DNA of 64,000 nt from Candidatus Helarchaeota archaeon (GCA_019058315.1 JAHPZH010000002.1:224001-288000); one strand, 5' to 3'. Positions 10,537-20,149 are shown, counted from the stretch's first letter. Numbers and translations: made by a program. The notes: generated by a model from the letters alone, not told the origin.

Positions 10537-11087
10537 ACCTCTTTATACAATTTCGGAAGGAATATGGAGAATTGTTCCATTTCCTCTTGATTATGTTTGC
10601 GAAGGCCTGTGATAAACTGTTGAGGAGTCTTCTCCGGCAACCTAAATATTGAGCGCATTTGTGTTCCTTTTTCTATTGCCTCATATTCATGAACGATCCA
10701 GTTAATAGATACGTCATGTTGGTCAAGGATACTACCCACTAGGACATGGCTGTAAGTTGTAGGGATGGGCACTAAACTTGGATCTTCCCAACGAATACGC
10801 AACATGGTAGGAATTTCCCCAATATTCTCCAGAACGAGGTGAATAGCACCGACATGCCCTTTGTTTGGAGAAACTTCCCATTGAAATAACTTGTGATCCT
10901 TGGGATGCCATAAATTATAGCGCTCTGTAGTGTCAATATGGTCCCACCACCAGTCAATCATCTCAGGCGTCACATTCTGCAATTTATGTTCAATAATCAA
11001 ATCTATAGTCTTGCCTTTTGATGCCTTGATACTCGTTTCCATAAATTGGTAAGTATATTTTAATAGTCTTTGGTGTTTTTTATTCAT
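10533..11087 (-). CDS. PhlG/DAPG-hydrolase-like protein
   Basis: [31 protein letters not shown] motifs. Confidence 0.7.
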   Translation of the reverse strand: MNKKHQRLLKYTYQFMETSIKASKGKTIDLIIEHKLQNVTPEMIDWWWDHIDTTERYNLWHPKDHKLFQWEVSPNKGHVGAIHLVLENIGEIPTMLRIRWEDPSLVPIPTTYSHVLVGSILDQHDVSINWIVHEYEAIEKGTQMRSIFRLPEKTPQQFITGLRKHNQEEMEQFSIFLPKLYKEV

Positions 11088-11761
11088 TTTATTTTCAACC
11101 TAGTCATTTTACTTAAGTTCAAAACTATTTCGTTCATAATTTCTTCAAAATCTGAGTTTGGATAAACTCGCTTTATGAAGCTATTATATTCTAATATATT
11201 ATCTATTAATATCTTCCCTTTTTCTGGGTTTTGTTCCATTAAAATATTAATTCTAGTAAAATGAATTATTGATTCCAATACTGCAAAATAGCCACGATTA
11301 TATGGTTCAATATTAGATTCAATATTTTCAAATTCATCTATCTTACAAAGAATTTTGGCTCTATTTTTAGATTCATTAATTTCCATTTTCTCCATTCTCA
11401 CCACAAAACGAGTGATTGAATCTTTTAAAAGGGGAATTTTTTTCTTTTTAGAGGTTAAGAAATTATTTTGGGAAATTTTTGACTTTTTTATAGCTGAATT
11501 ATAAAATAATTTTATATTATTGGTAAAATTAATACCTGCACATCTATGAGACTGTATATTTTTATAAGTATTAGTAGTTAAATAAGGTCTTATAATAATA
11601 TGTTTGGAATCTGGAAAAATTACTCCCATTGGAGCTGCATTATATGTAATTTTTTCAAGAGCTAAATTCACATTACATGTGGTTACAATTGCTTCATATA
11701 AACAATCCATTTTCACTTGAAAATTCCCAAATAGAGCTTCTTTTTTTGACATCAAAACCAC
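11084..11761 (-). CDS. DUF447 family protein (methanopterin-cluster associated)
   Basis: YEAIVTT, NAAPMGV, NTYKNI, YNRG..AVLESIIH.TR. Confidence 0.8.
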   Translation of the reverse strand: MVLMSKKEALFGNFQVKMDCLYEAIVTTCNVNLALEKITYNAAPMGVIFPDSKHIIIRPYLTTNTYKNIQSHRCAGINFTNNIKLFYNSAIKKSKISQNNFLTSKKKKIPLLKDSITRFVVRMEKMEINESKNRAKILCKIDEFENIESNIEPYNRGYFAVLESIIHFTRINILMEQNPEKGKILIDNILEYNSFIKRVYPNSDFEEIMNEIVLNLSKMTRLKIK

Positions 11762-11818
11762 TCCAATTTTTTATGTGAATCTTCTTAATTATAATTATCT
11801 TAATGAGAGGTTATTAAA

Positions 11819-12211
11819 TTGAATAAATTTGAACAAGAAGCTAAAAAATATTTTTCTAATAATGTTACAGATAGAGATAGAGCTATTTTTGAGGGTGCAA
11901 TTACTTTAGGAGCAATATTTCACCAATTTATAGGAACTCCTATTAAGAATGATCCCAAAACTATAGAATCATTAGAAAAATCAATCGAGTTATCAATGTC
12001 CTGTCAACCTTACATAGAAAAAATTACTGCTAAAATAATCCCCTCTAGATTAAAATCTGGAGAACATATCTACGATTATTCAGAATTAAGGGGGGAGAAT
12101 TTGATTCTCGAAGTAATTTCAAAATATGGTAATGTTAGAGTTCATTCTGGAATGAAATACATAGATGAATTAGATTTCCCTTTGATGTATATTGAAAAAA
12201 TTGAAGAATAG
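11819..12211 (+). CDS. mptD: Archaeal dihydroneopterin aldolase
   Basis: TDRDRAIFEGAITLGAIFHQFIGTP, QPYI, YSEL, LDFPLMYI. Confidence 0.88.
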   Translation: MNKFEQEAKKYFSNNVTDRDRAIFEGAITLGAIFHQFIGTPIKNDPKTIESLEKSIELSMSCQPYIEKITAKIIPSRLKSGEHIYDYSELRGENLILEVISKYGNVRVHSGMKYIDELDFPLMYIEKIEE

Positions 12212-12223
12212 GTAAATTGTGAG

Positions 12224-12907
12224 ATGAATAAAATGGAGGAAAATCTGTATCCTTATTTAATTTTACTTCCAAATGATCCTAAATCTCAAAAAAAAATCCT
12301 ATCAACCATTTTTGGGTCAGATATAGCTCAATCACTAATTATTAATATTGCTTCAGGAGTTGAGTTTCAAAAAGATTTAATAAAAAAATTGACATTTTCA
12401 AACAAAACAATTATTAATTATCTAAGAGATTTGGTTGATTTAAATATTCTAGAGGAAAATTCAACCACTGTTGGGGGTTATAGAAGATTATTTTACAAAT
12501 TAACCAAGATGGGGGAGTGGTTTTCCAGTTTGGTAGTTTATCGGGACTATAAACCAGAAGAATTCAAAGGAATATTGGAAGAACTATTCCAAATGTATTT
12601 AAAGCATGCCATCGGTCTCCTATTGGAAAATAAATTTAAACAAGATAAAATAAGGGATATATTTGAGAGTACTTTAAGTTCGCATTTAAAAGAAGAATAT
12701 ATAAAAAAATTAACTATTGAAAAATATATTGAAGACATTCAATCCCTTAATAATGAGTTAGATTCTATATTATCTTCAATCGATTCATTTAGTAAAGAAA
12801 AAAAGAAGGAATTGCTAAAAATTAATGAATTAAAGGAACTAGATGAATTTTATGGTATTTTAAAAAACAAGTTCCAAAAATTAAGTGAAAAATTGAAAAA
12901 TTTTTAA
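12224..12907 (+). CDS. ArsR-like winged-HTH protein
   Basis: QKDLIKKL.FSNKTIINYLRDLVDLNIL...YKLTKMG. Confidence 0.65.
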   Translation: MNKMEENLYPYLILLPNDPKSQKKILSTIFGSDIAQSLIINIASGVEFQKDLIKKLTFSNKTIINYLRDLVDLNILEENSTTVGGYRRLFYKLTKMGEWFSSLVVYRDYKPEEFKGILEELFQMYLKHAIGLLLENKFKQDKIRDIFESTLSSHLKEEYIKKLTIEKYIEDIQSLNNELDSILSSIDSFSKEKKKELLKINELKELDEFYGILKNKFQKLSEKLKNF

Positions 12908-13044
12908 ATTATTTGTTGTTATAATTAATTTCAATGTTTTAAAATAACCTTTTATAGTCATCTTTTCAAGATAATATTATCTAGGAAGGGTAAATTTGAT
13001 CTTTTATATCTGCATAAAATCCATTTAACGCAATAAGTGATTGA

Positions 13045-13512
13045 ATGAATACAAAAAACGAAAAAGATGAATATGATAAAATAATTTCCAAAGAGAACAT
13101 TGGAGTTCGGATGTTACAAGGTGGTTTAATGTCATTTTTCCCAGGAATATTCCTTATAATAATTAGTACTCAACAAATTCCTAATCGTTTTCAACAGGGT
13201 ATTTCCGAAGTTCTTTTTTTTGGAATCTTAGTTCTTACCATGAGTTCTATTTTACTAATATATGGAGCCTATTTATTCGGACAAGCTTCAAAGGAAGTTA
13301 AAAAATTTCCACTAGAATACAGGTATCAAAAAGCTTTTGAGCAGGTTTCAGAAGAGGTAAAAATTTTTGGTAAAGCAATGAGTGAAGCACTGGGATATCC
13401 ATCAGAATCAAAGACTAGGGTGTCTTCTTCATTAAAATGCCCTGATTGTGGTGCTCCTTTAGAAACTCAACCTCCTTGTAAATGTTCTTATTGTGGGAGA
13501 CTCTTAGAATAA
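13045..13512 (+). CDS. Two-TM membrane protein with C-terminal zinc ribbon
   Basis: Two hydrophobic segments; CPDCGAPL...CSYCG. Confidence 0.65.
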   Translation: MNTKNEKDEYDKIISKENIGVRMLQGGLMSFFPGIFLIIISTQQIPNRFQQGISEVLFFGILVLTMSSILLIYGAYLFGQASKEVKKFPLEYRYQKAFEQVSEEVKIFGKAMSEALGYPSESKTRVSSSLKCPDCGAPLETQPPCKCSYCGRLLE

Positions 13513-13553
13513 AATCTCTTAAGTAAAGAAAATATTTTTTTTTAGCTAAAAAG

Positions 13554-13922
13554 TTATATTTTCTCAAGGTCTCGAGAAGATATTATATTAATATCTAAAT
13601 TTAGTATATCGTTGATTAAAATATCTCCCATTTTTATTGGAGCTTCTGCTATAGTTTTATTTATGATTTTCATTGAGTCAAATAATTTTTCCTTTGGTAT
13701 AGGAATATCTGAACGCACTGGAATAACTGGTAAAATTCCATTTTTAACTCGAATAGTTGTTGTTAATATACGTTTGGGTGCTTTAAATTCTTCTAAGGCG
13801 TATTCATACCCTCTTTTACATGTATTTCCAGAGACTTTAATTTCGCCTTCATCTTCCCAAACGTCTATTGGACAGCCCTGAGGACAGACAATACAAGTTA
13901 GTGTCTTTTTATTTTTAACCAT
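13554..13922 (-). CDS. DUF1667 CxxC protein, partner of glycerol-3-phosphate dehydrogenase
   Basis: CIVCPQGC, GNTCKRG, P.RILTTT. Confidence 0.85.
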   Translation of the reverse strand: MVKNKKTLTCIVCPQGCPIDVWEDEGEIKVSGNTCKRGYEYALEEFKAPKRILTTTIRVKNGILPVIPVRSDIPIPKEKLFDSMKIINKTIAEAPIKMGDILINDILNLDINIISSRDLEKI

Positions 13923-15191
13923 TTAATTGTCTCCTCCTGGACTAATTTCAAATATTATTTCATTTATATCTGGACCAATTTCCAATGTTCTTGTCTTTAA
14001 TTCTATCATCTCACTAGGGCGGACAAATTTCTTTTTAAGTTCTTTCAAGATTGTACCATTTGCTTTTAAACTTATTAAAACATCATTTTCTGGTTTTTTT
14101 ACTCGCATAAAGAAAATAAGTGGTTGAGATAATGATTTTCTATTTATGTGTTGAGGAACAATATAACCGATATTACGTCCAGCTTTGGTCTTAACTAATT
14201 CCTTTTTCTCTTTCAGTTTTTGTTTAATATATTTAGCAGCATTATTTCCAGCATTAATAGCCTCTTGTGTGACATTATCAACCAAATCATGAACTTGAAG
14301 CACATTACCACAAGAAAATATTCCCTCTATTGAAGTTTCGAGATTTTCATCAACAATAGCTCCTCCAGTTACAGGATCCAATGCAACTCCAATTTTATTT
14401 GATAATTCATTTTCTGGGATGAGTCCTACAGATAATAATAATGTATCACATTCAATAATTTCTTCAGTACCTGGAATAGGTTTCCAATGCTCATCGACCT
14501 GGGCAATAGTAACAGCTTCAACTCTATTTTCACCGTGAATTTTTGTAACTGTATGTTCTAATAATAATGGAATATCAAAATCTTCTAAGCATTGAACTCT
14601 ATTTCTTACTAAACCATTTGTATAAGGCATAATTTCAACAACTGCCTTAACTTTGGCACCTTCTAAAGTAAGTCTACGTGCCATAATTAAGCCTATGTCT
14701 CCTGATCCTAGAATAACAATTTCTTTTCCTGGCATATATCCTTCAATATTTACAAAACGCTGAGCTAAGCCCGCTGTATAAACACCAGAAGGACGGTAGC
14801 CTGGGATTCGAATTGCTCCTCGAGTTCTTTCACGACAGCCCATGGCCAGTATAATTGCCTTAGGAATTATTTTAAGAACTCCTTCATCTTTATTAAGAGC
14901 GATTATATGTTTATCTTTGGTAATATCAATGACCATAGTGTTTAATTTTACTGGAATATCCAATTCATGGATCTGATTGATATATCGCTGAGCATACTCT
15001 GGACCAGTTAATTCTTCTTTAAATACATGCAATCCGAATCCATTATGAATACATTGAGGTAAAATACCTCCTAATTCAAAATCTCTTTCAATAATTAGTG
15101 GATTTACTCCTGCTTCTTTTGCAGTAACTGCAGCAGCCAACCCTGCGGGGCCACCACCTATAATTGCAAGGTCTACATCAATTTCAATCAT
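13923..15191 (-). CDS. FAD-dependent pyridine nucleotide-disulfide oxidoreductase (G3PDH-associated NADH oxidase type)
   Basis: GGGPAG, GGILPQCIHNGFG, AMGCRER, ILGSGDIG, GNVLQVHDLVD. Confidence 0.88.
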   Translation of the reverse strand: MIEIDVDLAIIGGGPAGLAAAVTAKEAGVNPLIIERDFELGGILPQCIHNGFGLHVFKEELTGPEYAQRYINQIHELDIPVKLNTMVIDITKDKHIIALNKDEGVLKIIPKAIILAMGCRERTRGAIRIPGYRPSGVYTAGLAQRFVNIEGYMPGKEIVILGSGDIGLIMARRLTLEGAKVKAVVEIMPYTNGLVRNRVQCLEDFDIPLLLEHTVTKIHGENRVEAVTIAQVDEHWKPIPGTEEIIECDTLLLSVGLIPENELSNKIGVALDPVTGGAIVDENLETSIEGIFSCGNVLQVHDLVDNVTQEAINAGNNAAKYIKQKLKEKKELVKTKAGRNIGYIVPQHINRKSLSQPLIFFMRVKKPENDVLISLKANGTILKELKKKFVRPSEMIELKTRTLEIGPDINEIIFEISPGGDN

Positions 15192-16642
15192 TTTTTATCC
15201 TCCCATACCGATTTAAACTTAGTTTTACTTACGAATAATTCCGACCCCGGTCCCATCTTTGATACTTTTTCTATAGGAATATCCAATTCTTTGGAGAGGA
15301 TCTTCACTGTTCGAGCAGTACAGAAACCTGCTTGACAACGCCCCATCCCACAACGAGTCCTAAATTTTATCCCATCCAGAGTTGTTGCACCAACTGGTCT
15401 TTTAATTGCATCTATTACCTCAGCTTCAGAAACATGCTCACATCTACAAACTATATTACCGTAATTTTGATCTTTCATTATAAATTCATGCTTCTTTTCA
15501 TTTGGAAAATTAGTAAGGCTTATGGGTCTTTCTCTACGCGGATTAAAAGATTCTTTTTCTAATAATTCTAAGCCAGAATCTCTCAAAATATCAATTACAT
15601 AATCAGCAATTCCTAAAGAAGCAGTTAATCCTGGAGATTGTATTCCTGCTACGTTTATGAACCCTTTTATTTTAGTTTCTTCAATAATAAAATCATTTGT
15701 ATCAGAAACAGCCCTTAAACCAGCAAAATTTGTGATAATTTTTCTTAAATTAATATTAGGAAGAAGTTTTAGACCCCCAGCTATAATTTCTTCTATACCT
15801 TCTGTGGTGGTTGATGTATCTGCTTTATCATCTAAATCAACTGCATTAGGTCCAAAAAACACATGTTTATGTAAAGTTGGAGCAGCTAAAATTCCTTTAC
15901 TTTTTTTTGTGGGTAAAGGAAAGAGAGGACGATTAAGTTTTAATGTTTCCTTATCAAATAGAACATATTCTCCCCTTCTTGGAGTAATTTTAAAATAATC
16001 TAATCCAACCATTTTAGAAATTTTATCCGCATATACTCCTGCTACATTAATAATATAATTAGTATGAAATTCTCCCTCCTTTGTCATTACTTTTTTACTA
16101 GATTCTTTGACTTCTATATTTTCTACTTCTGAATTAAATCTAAATTCTACACCATTCATATTTGCATTTTCAGCTAAAGCAATTGTTAAACCATATGGGG
16201 AAACTATTCCGCCAGTTGACGCATATAACACCCCATTTGCATCATCTGTTAGATTTGGTTCCATTTCTTTAATCTTCTTTTTATCTAAAATTAATTCAGT
16301 TTTTATTCCATTTTTTTCTCCTCTTATTCGTAATTCTTCTAACTGATTTATGCCCGAATCTATTGTTGAGACCACAAAGGTCCCACATCTTCTAAATTCT
16401 ACATTAAGATCTTTGCAAACTTGATCAAATAATGGGTTGCTAATTGTATTAAATTTTGCTTTAAAAGTTCCAGGTTCTGCAGCATAACCAGCATGGACTA
16501 TTCCCGAATTGCCCTTACTTGTCCCAGAACAAACATCCGACGATTTTTCTAGCACTAATGTATTTAAAGAATATTTCGAAATGTTTCTGGCTATTGTGCA
16601 ACCAATCACGCCAGCACCTATTACAATTACATCCCATTTCAA
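15188..16642 (-). CDS. glpA: FAD-dependent glycerol-3-phosphate dehydrogenase-like protein with C-terminal BFD-like [2Fe-2S] domain
   Basis: GAGVIG, TSKGNSGIVHAG, GIQSPGLT, VCRCE...GMGRCQAGFC; glycerol kinase-like gene nearby. Confidence 0.8.
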   Translation of the reverse strand: MKWDVIVIGAGVIGCTIARNISKYSLNTLVLEKSSDVCSGTSKGNSGIVHAGYAAEPGTFKAKFNTISNPLFDQVCKDLNVEFRRCGTFVVSTIDSGINQLEELRIRGEKNGIKTELILDKKKIKEMEPNLTDDANGVLYASTGGIVSPYGLTIALAENANMNGVEFRFNSEVENIEVKESSKKVMTKEGEFHTNYIINVAGVYADKISKMVGLDYFKITPRRGEYVLFDKETLKLNRPLFPLPTKKSKGILAAPTLHKHVFFGPNAVDLDDKADTSTTTEGIEEIIAGGLKLLPNINLRKIITNFAGLRAVSDTNDFIIEETKIKGFINVAGIQSPGLTASLGIADYVIDILRDSGLELLEKESFNPRRERPISLTNFPNEKKHEFIMKDQNYGNIVCRCEHVSEAEVIDAIKRPVGATTLDGIKFRTRCGMGRCQAGFCTARTVKILSKELDIPIEKVSKMGPGSELFVSKTKFKSVWEDKK

Positions 16643-16984
16643 ATTAATTACCTATTTTAAATAATATCTCATTAAATTCAAATCTAATTTAACGGTAAAA
16701 CATTATAATTATTTATTCTTCATATTAAAGGATTTGTAAATGAGATTGGATGTAAAATATATACATAATTAAAAGAAAATGTAAAACTCTGTTCTTCATT
16801 CTAGTTTTATTTTTTAAAGAAAAAATAATCCAAAATCCAATTTCTAACTTTTTTATTAAAAAATATCTTAATTTGGTAAAACTATATTCATATTACATTT
16901 TTAGATCATTTTATTTATTTGTAGAAGTATTATAATCCAAGATAAAAAAAATCATTAAAATATGGATAATTACTGGTGAATATT

Positions 16985-17398
16985 ATGGATTTCCAAGTAA
17001 CATCTTTAGCAGGTGAAGCTATTTCGGAAATGTCATCTGGTTTGATACAAAAGAATTTAACAGAACACCCAGTGGTTTCAATCTATTTTAAAGGTACAAC
17101 TTCTGCCATATGAGGTACAGGAGGTTCGGATACCGTTCCAGCATATCTTAAATTAACAATTGACGTTGTGTCCCAAGAAGATCTTGAAAAAGAAGAGGAA
17201 AAATTCACACGTCAAGGTGATTACCAAGAAGTTCCAATTTTTACTCAAGATTTAGCTCTGAATTACCTTGTTGATCCTACGATAATTGATGCCAAAAAAT
17301 TCTATCACTTCAGCGAATTATTCATTCCAAACGCACCGGTCTTAATCGAGAATACTTTTTGGAAAGTAGATGAAGTTAAAAAAGGCGGTGGCTGTTAG
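16985..17398 (+). CDS. Candidate selenoprotein, 137 aa, Sec at codon 43 (TGA 17111-17113), C-terminal GGGC; possibly HesB/IscA-like fold
   Basis: ATG at 16985 after a GGTGA SD; 42 sense codons, TGA, then the same frame continues into track ORF 17168-17398; SECIS-like hairpin right after the TAG. Confidence 0.75.
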
Positions 17399-17399
17399 A

Positions 17400-17471
17400 A
17401 AGGTCGATGGATGAAATTTTTTTGTAAATATTAGAAAAAAATTGACACAGTTTATGCAAACTGCCGACCTT
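17400..17471 (+). promoter_or_regulatory. Eukaryote-type SECIS element in 3' UTR
   Basis: AUGA(17411-14)-N11-AAA(17426-28)...GA(17444-45); stem AAUUUUUUU/AAAAAAAUU; basal helix AAGGUCG/CGACCUU. Confidence 0.75.
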
Positions 17472-17629
17472 AACTTACTTTTCTTTTAATTAAAATTTTA
17501 TTTCTAAATTTTATTAACTATTATACCCAACTTAGTAAAAAAGCAAAATAATAGAATATTTGAATTTTATTTTGTGAAATACTAATTTGAAAATCTAATT
17601 TTAATTTATAATTTAAGGAATAAACAAAA

Positions 17630-19168
17630 ATGGCTCAAGATCTCGTATGTGTTATTGATGCTGGAACAACTGGTTTAAGAACAATGATTTTTGATAGTAA
17701 TGGAAACGAAATTGATAGAGCTTATCAAGAATACAAAAGTTATTTTCCAAAACCTGCTTGGGTAGAACAAGATGCAAATGATTGGTGGCAAGCGGTTTGT
17801 AACACATCAAATAAGGTGCTAAAAAAAATCAATACCTCTGATATTGTTGGAATAAGCGTTACAAACCAAAGAGAGACAATTGTTCCAGTAGATGAAGCCG
17901 GAAATCCTTTAAGAAAAGCTTTGGTTTGGCAAGATCGTCGAACTATACCTGAGTGTAATATTATTCGAGAAGTTATAGGGGAAGATGAAATATATAGGAT
18001 TACTGGATTAACAATAGACCCATATTTTTCATCATCCAAGATTATTCATATAAAAAATCAACAACCAGATATCTTTTCAAAGACCTCCAAATTCCTTCTT
18101 GTCCATGATTATATTGAAATGAAATTAAGCGGAAAATTTGTGACTGATTGGTCAAATGCCTCTAGGACTATGTTATTTGATATTGAAAAGCACGAATGGA
18201 GCAAAAAAATTTGTGATAAATTAGAGATACCTATTGAAAAGATGCCCCAAACGTATCCTTCTGGGGAGATCATTGGCGAAATCACAAAAATCGCTGCTAA
18301 ACAAACGGGATTCATAGAAGGAACTCCAATAATAAGCGGTGGGGGAGATCAACAATTAGGTGCATTAGGTTTAGGTGTTATTAAATCTGGACAAATATCT
18401 TGTACAACTGGAACAGGGACGTTTATATTAGCCTTTTTAAATCAACCACTACGTGATCCTCAAAAAAGAGTTCTTTGTAGCTGTCATGCAGTCCCTAATA
18501 CATGGGTTATGGAAGCCAGCATATTCACTACTGGTTCGGTTTATAGATGGTTTCGTGATCAATTCAGTCAATATGAAAAAGACCTTGCTAAACGACAAAA
18601 TAAAGATCCTTATGAACTTCTAAATGAAGAAGCTATAAAGTCTCCCGTAGGTTCTAATGGAATCATTTTAATACCTCATTTTGCAGGAGCTGGGGCACCA
18701 TATTGGAATCCTTATAGCCGTGGTATTATTGCAGGGCTTGCCCTTGGACATACTAGAAATGATCTAATAAGAGCCATTATGGAAAGTATATGCTTTGAAA
18801 TTAGAAAAAATATTGATGTTATGAGACAATTAAATATTCAGGTAAATGAGATCCGGTTAACTGGAGGAATGACTAGGAGCAATACATTTAATGAAATACA
18901 AGCCGATGTTTACGGGATTCCTGTATTACATAGCAAGACTGAAGAAGCAACTGCACTAGGAGCCGCGATGTTAATTTTAAAGGGGACTAAAATTTATAAG
19001 AACTATGACGAAATCGCAAAAAAAGTAGTTAAAATTAGCGCAACCAAAAAACCTAATAATATAAATCATAAAAAATATTCAAAAATCTTCGAAATATCGA
19101 AAAAAATTTATGAAATATTCCAAACCAATAATTTATACAAGGATTTTTATGATATGGGGGATTATTAA
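17630..19168 (+). CDS. glpK: FGGY-family kinase, glycerol kinase-like
   Basis: DAGTT, TNQRET, WQDRRT, DPYFS, TDWSNASRTMLF, GDQQ, GAGAPYW; next to G3PDH operon. Confidence 0.72.
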   Translation: MAQDLVCVIDAGTTGLRTMIFDSNGNEIDRAYQEYKSYFPKPAWVEQDANDWWQAVCNTSNKVLKKINTSDIVGISVTNQRETIVPVDEAGNPLRKALVWQDRRTIPECNIIREVIGEDEIYRITGLTIDPYFSSSKIIHIKNQQPDIFSKTSKFLLVHDYIEMKLSGKFVTDWSNASRTMLFDIEKHEWSKKICDKLEIPIEKMPQTYPSGEIIGEITKIAAKQTGFIEGTPIISGGGDQQLGALGLGVIKSGQISCTTGTGTFILAFLNQPLRDPQKRVLCSCHAVPNTWVMEASIFTTGSVYRWFRDQFSQYEKDLAKRQNKDPYELLNEEAIKSPVGSNGIILIPHFAGAGAPYWNPYSRGIIAGLALGHTRNDLIRAIMESICFEIRKNIDVMRQLNIQVNEIRLTGGMTRSNTFNEIQADVYGIPVLHSKTEEATALGAAMLILKGTKIYKNYDEIAKKVVKISATKKPNNINHKKYSKIFEISKKIYEIFQTNNLYKDFYDMGDY

Positions 19169-19198
19169 TATAATCAAAAAAAAGAATGTGTGATATGA

Positions 19199-20149
19199 TT
19201 GAGCCAAAAATGGTTTAAGATTCTGTTTTTAGGTCTTGATAATGCCGGGAAGACTTCATTTCTACTTTCATTGGAGAATAAATATAGTCATTTACATTCT
19301 TTAAGACCAACTAAAGGACTTTATAAGTACGAATATAAAATACTCGGTTTTGAAATCAATCTCCTCGATTTTGGAGGACAAAAGATATATAGAGAGGAGT
19401 TTTTTAAAAAACCAGAAAATTATATTGGAACTGACTTACTATTCTTCGTTATTGACATTCAAGATAGAAGAAGATTTGCAGAAAATGGGGAATTTTTTGA
19501 AAAATTACTTGATGAATTTGAAACTAATGATGTTAAACCTAATATAATTATCTGTTTTCATAAGCTTGATCCCGACCTTATGACAGATCCCGAATCTTAT
19601 ATTCATGATAATATTCAAATCGCAGAAAGATTATTTAAATCTAAAAGTAACGGACGGGAATTGGAATTTTTTCAAACAACTATTTACGATTATTCAAGTT
19701 TGGCTCGAGCTTTTTCTTCAGGGTTATTGAAAATCATTAAAGATTTTAAAAAAGTAACCGAAACTATCTTTGCTGATTTTATGAACAAAACTAATGCAAA
19801 TGGTGTCTGTCTTCTTAGTGAAAATGCTCTTATTTTATCAGATCTCTATGATAAAAAGTCTGAAGCCCAAGAAATTATCGAAATTATTGGTACAAATATG
19901 GCCCAAATGTCTCAAAAACTAATAGAATATAATCATGGGATACCAGAATCTATTGAAATAAAAATGAAAGGGTGGTCTTTTTTTAGAACTTTTGAACTCG
20001 AGGATAAGGACGTAAAAGAGGGGGGTATGAAGAGATTTTACCTAATAATTTATTCAGAGAATCCTAAAAATTTTGATAAAATAAATGAATTATTAACTAA
20101 TTTTACTCTAACAGTTGCAAATACTTTGAAAAATTTTCTAAAGGAGTAA
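19199..20149 (+). CDS. Rag/Gtr-like small GTPase with C-terminal roadblock/longin-like domain
   Basis: GLDNAGKTS, RPT, DFGGQ, HKLD (HKxD-type G4); C-terminal alpha/beta domain. Confidence 0.75.
   Translation: MSQKWFKILFLGLDNAGKTSFLLSLENKYSHLHSLRPTKGLYKYEYKILGFEINLLDFGGQKIYREEFFKKPENYIGTDLLFFVIDIQDRRRFAENGEFFEKLLDEFETNDVKPNIIICFHKLDPDLMTDPESYIHDNIQIAERLFKSKSNGRELEFFQTTIYDYSSLARAFSSGLLKIIKDFKKVTETIFADFMNKTNANGVCLLSENALILSDLYDKKSEAQEIIEIIGTNMAQMSQKLIEYNHGIPESIEIKMKGWSFFRTFELEDKDVKEGGMKRFYLIIYSENPKNFDKINELLTNFTLTVANTLKNFLKE

Noticed and set aside
17168-17398. 76-aa ORF as a stand-alone gene
   Set aside because: GTG start with no SD; better explained as the 3' half of the UGA-containing gene starting at 16985.
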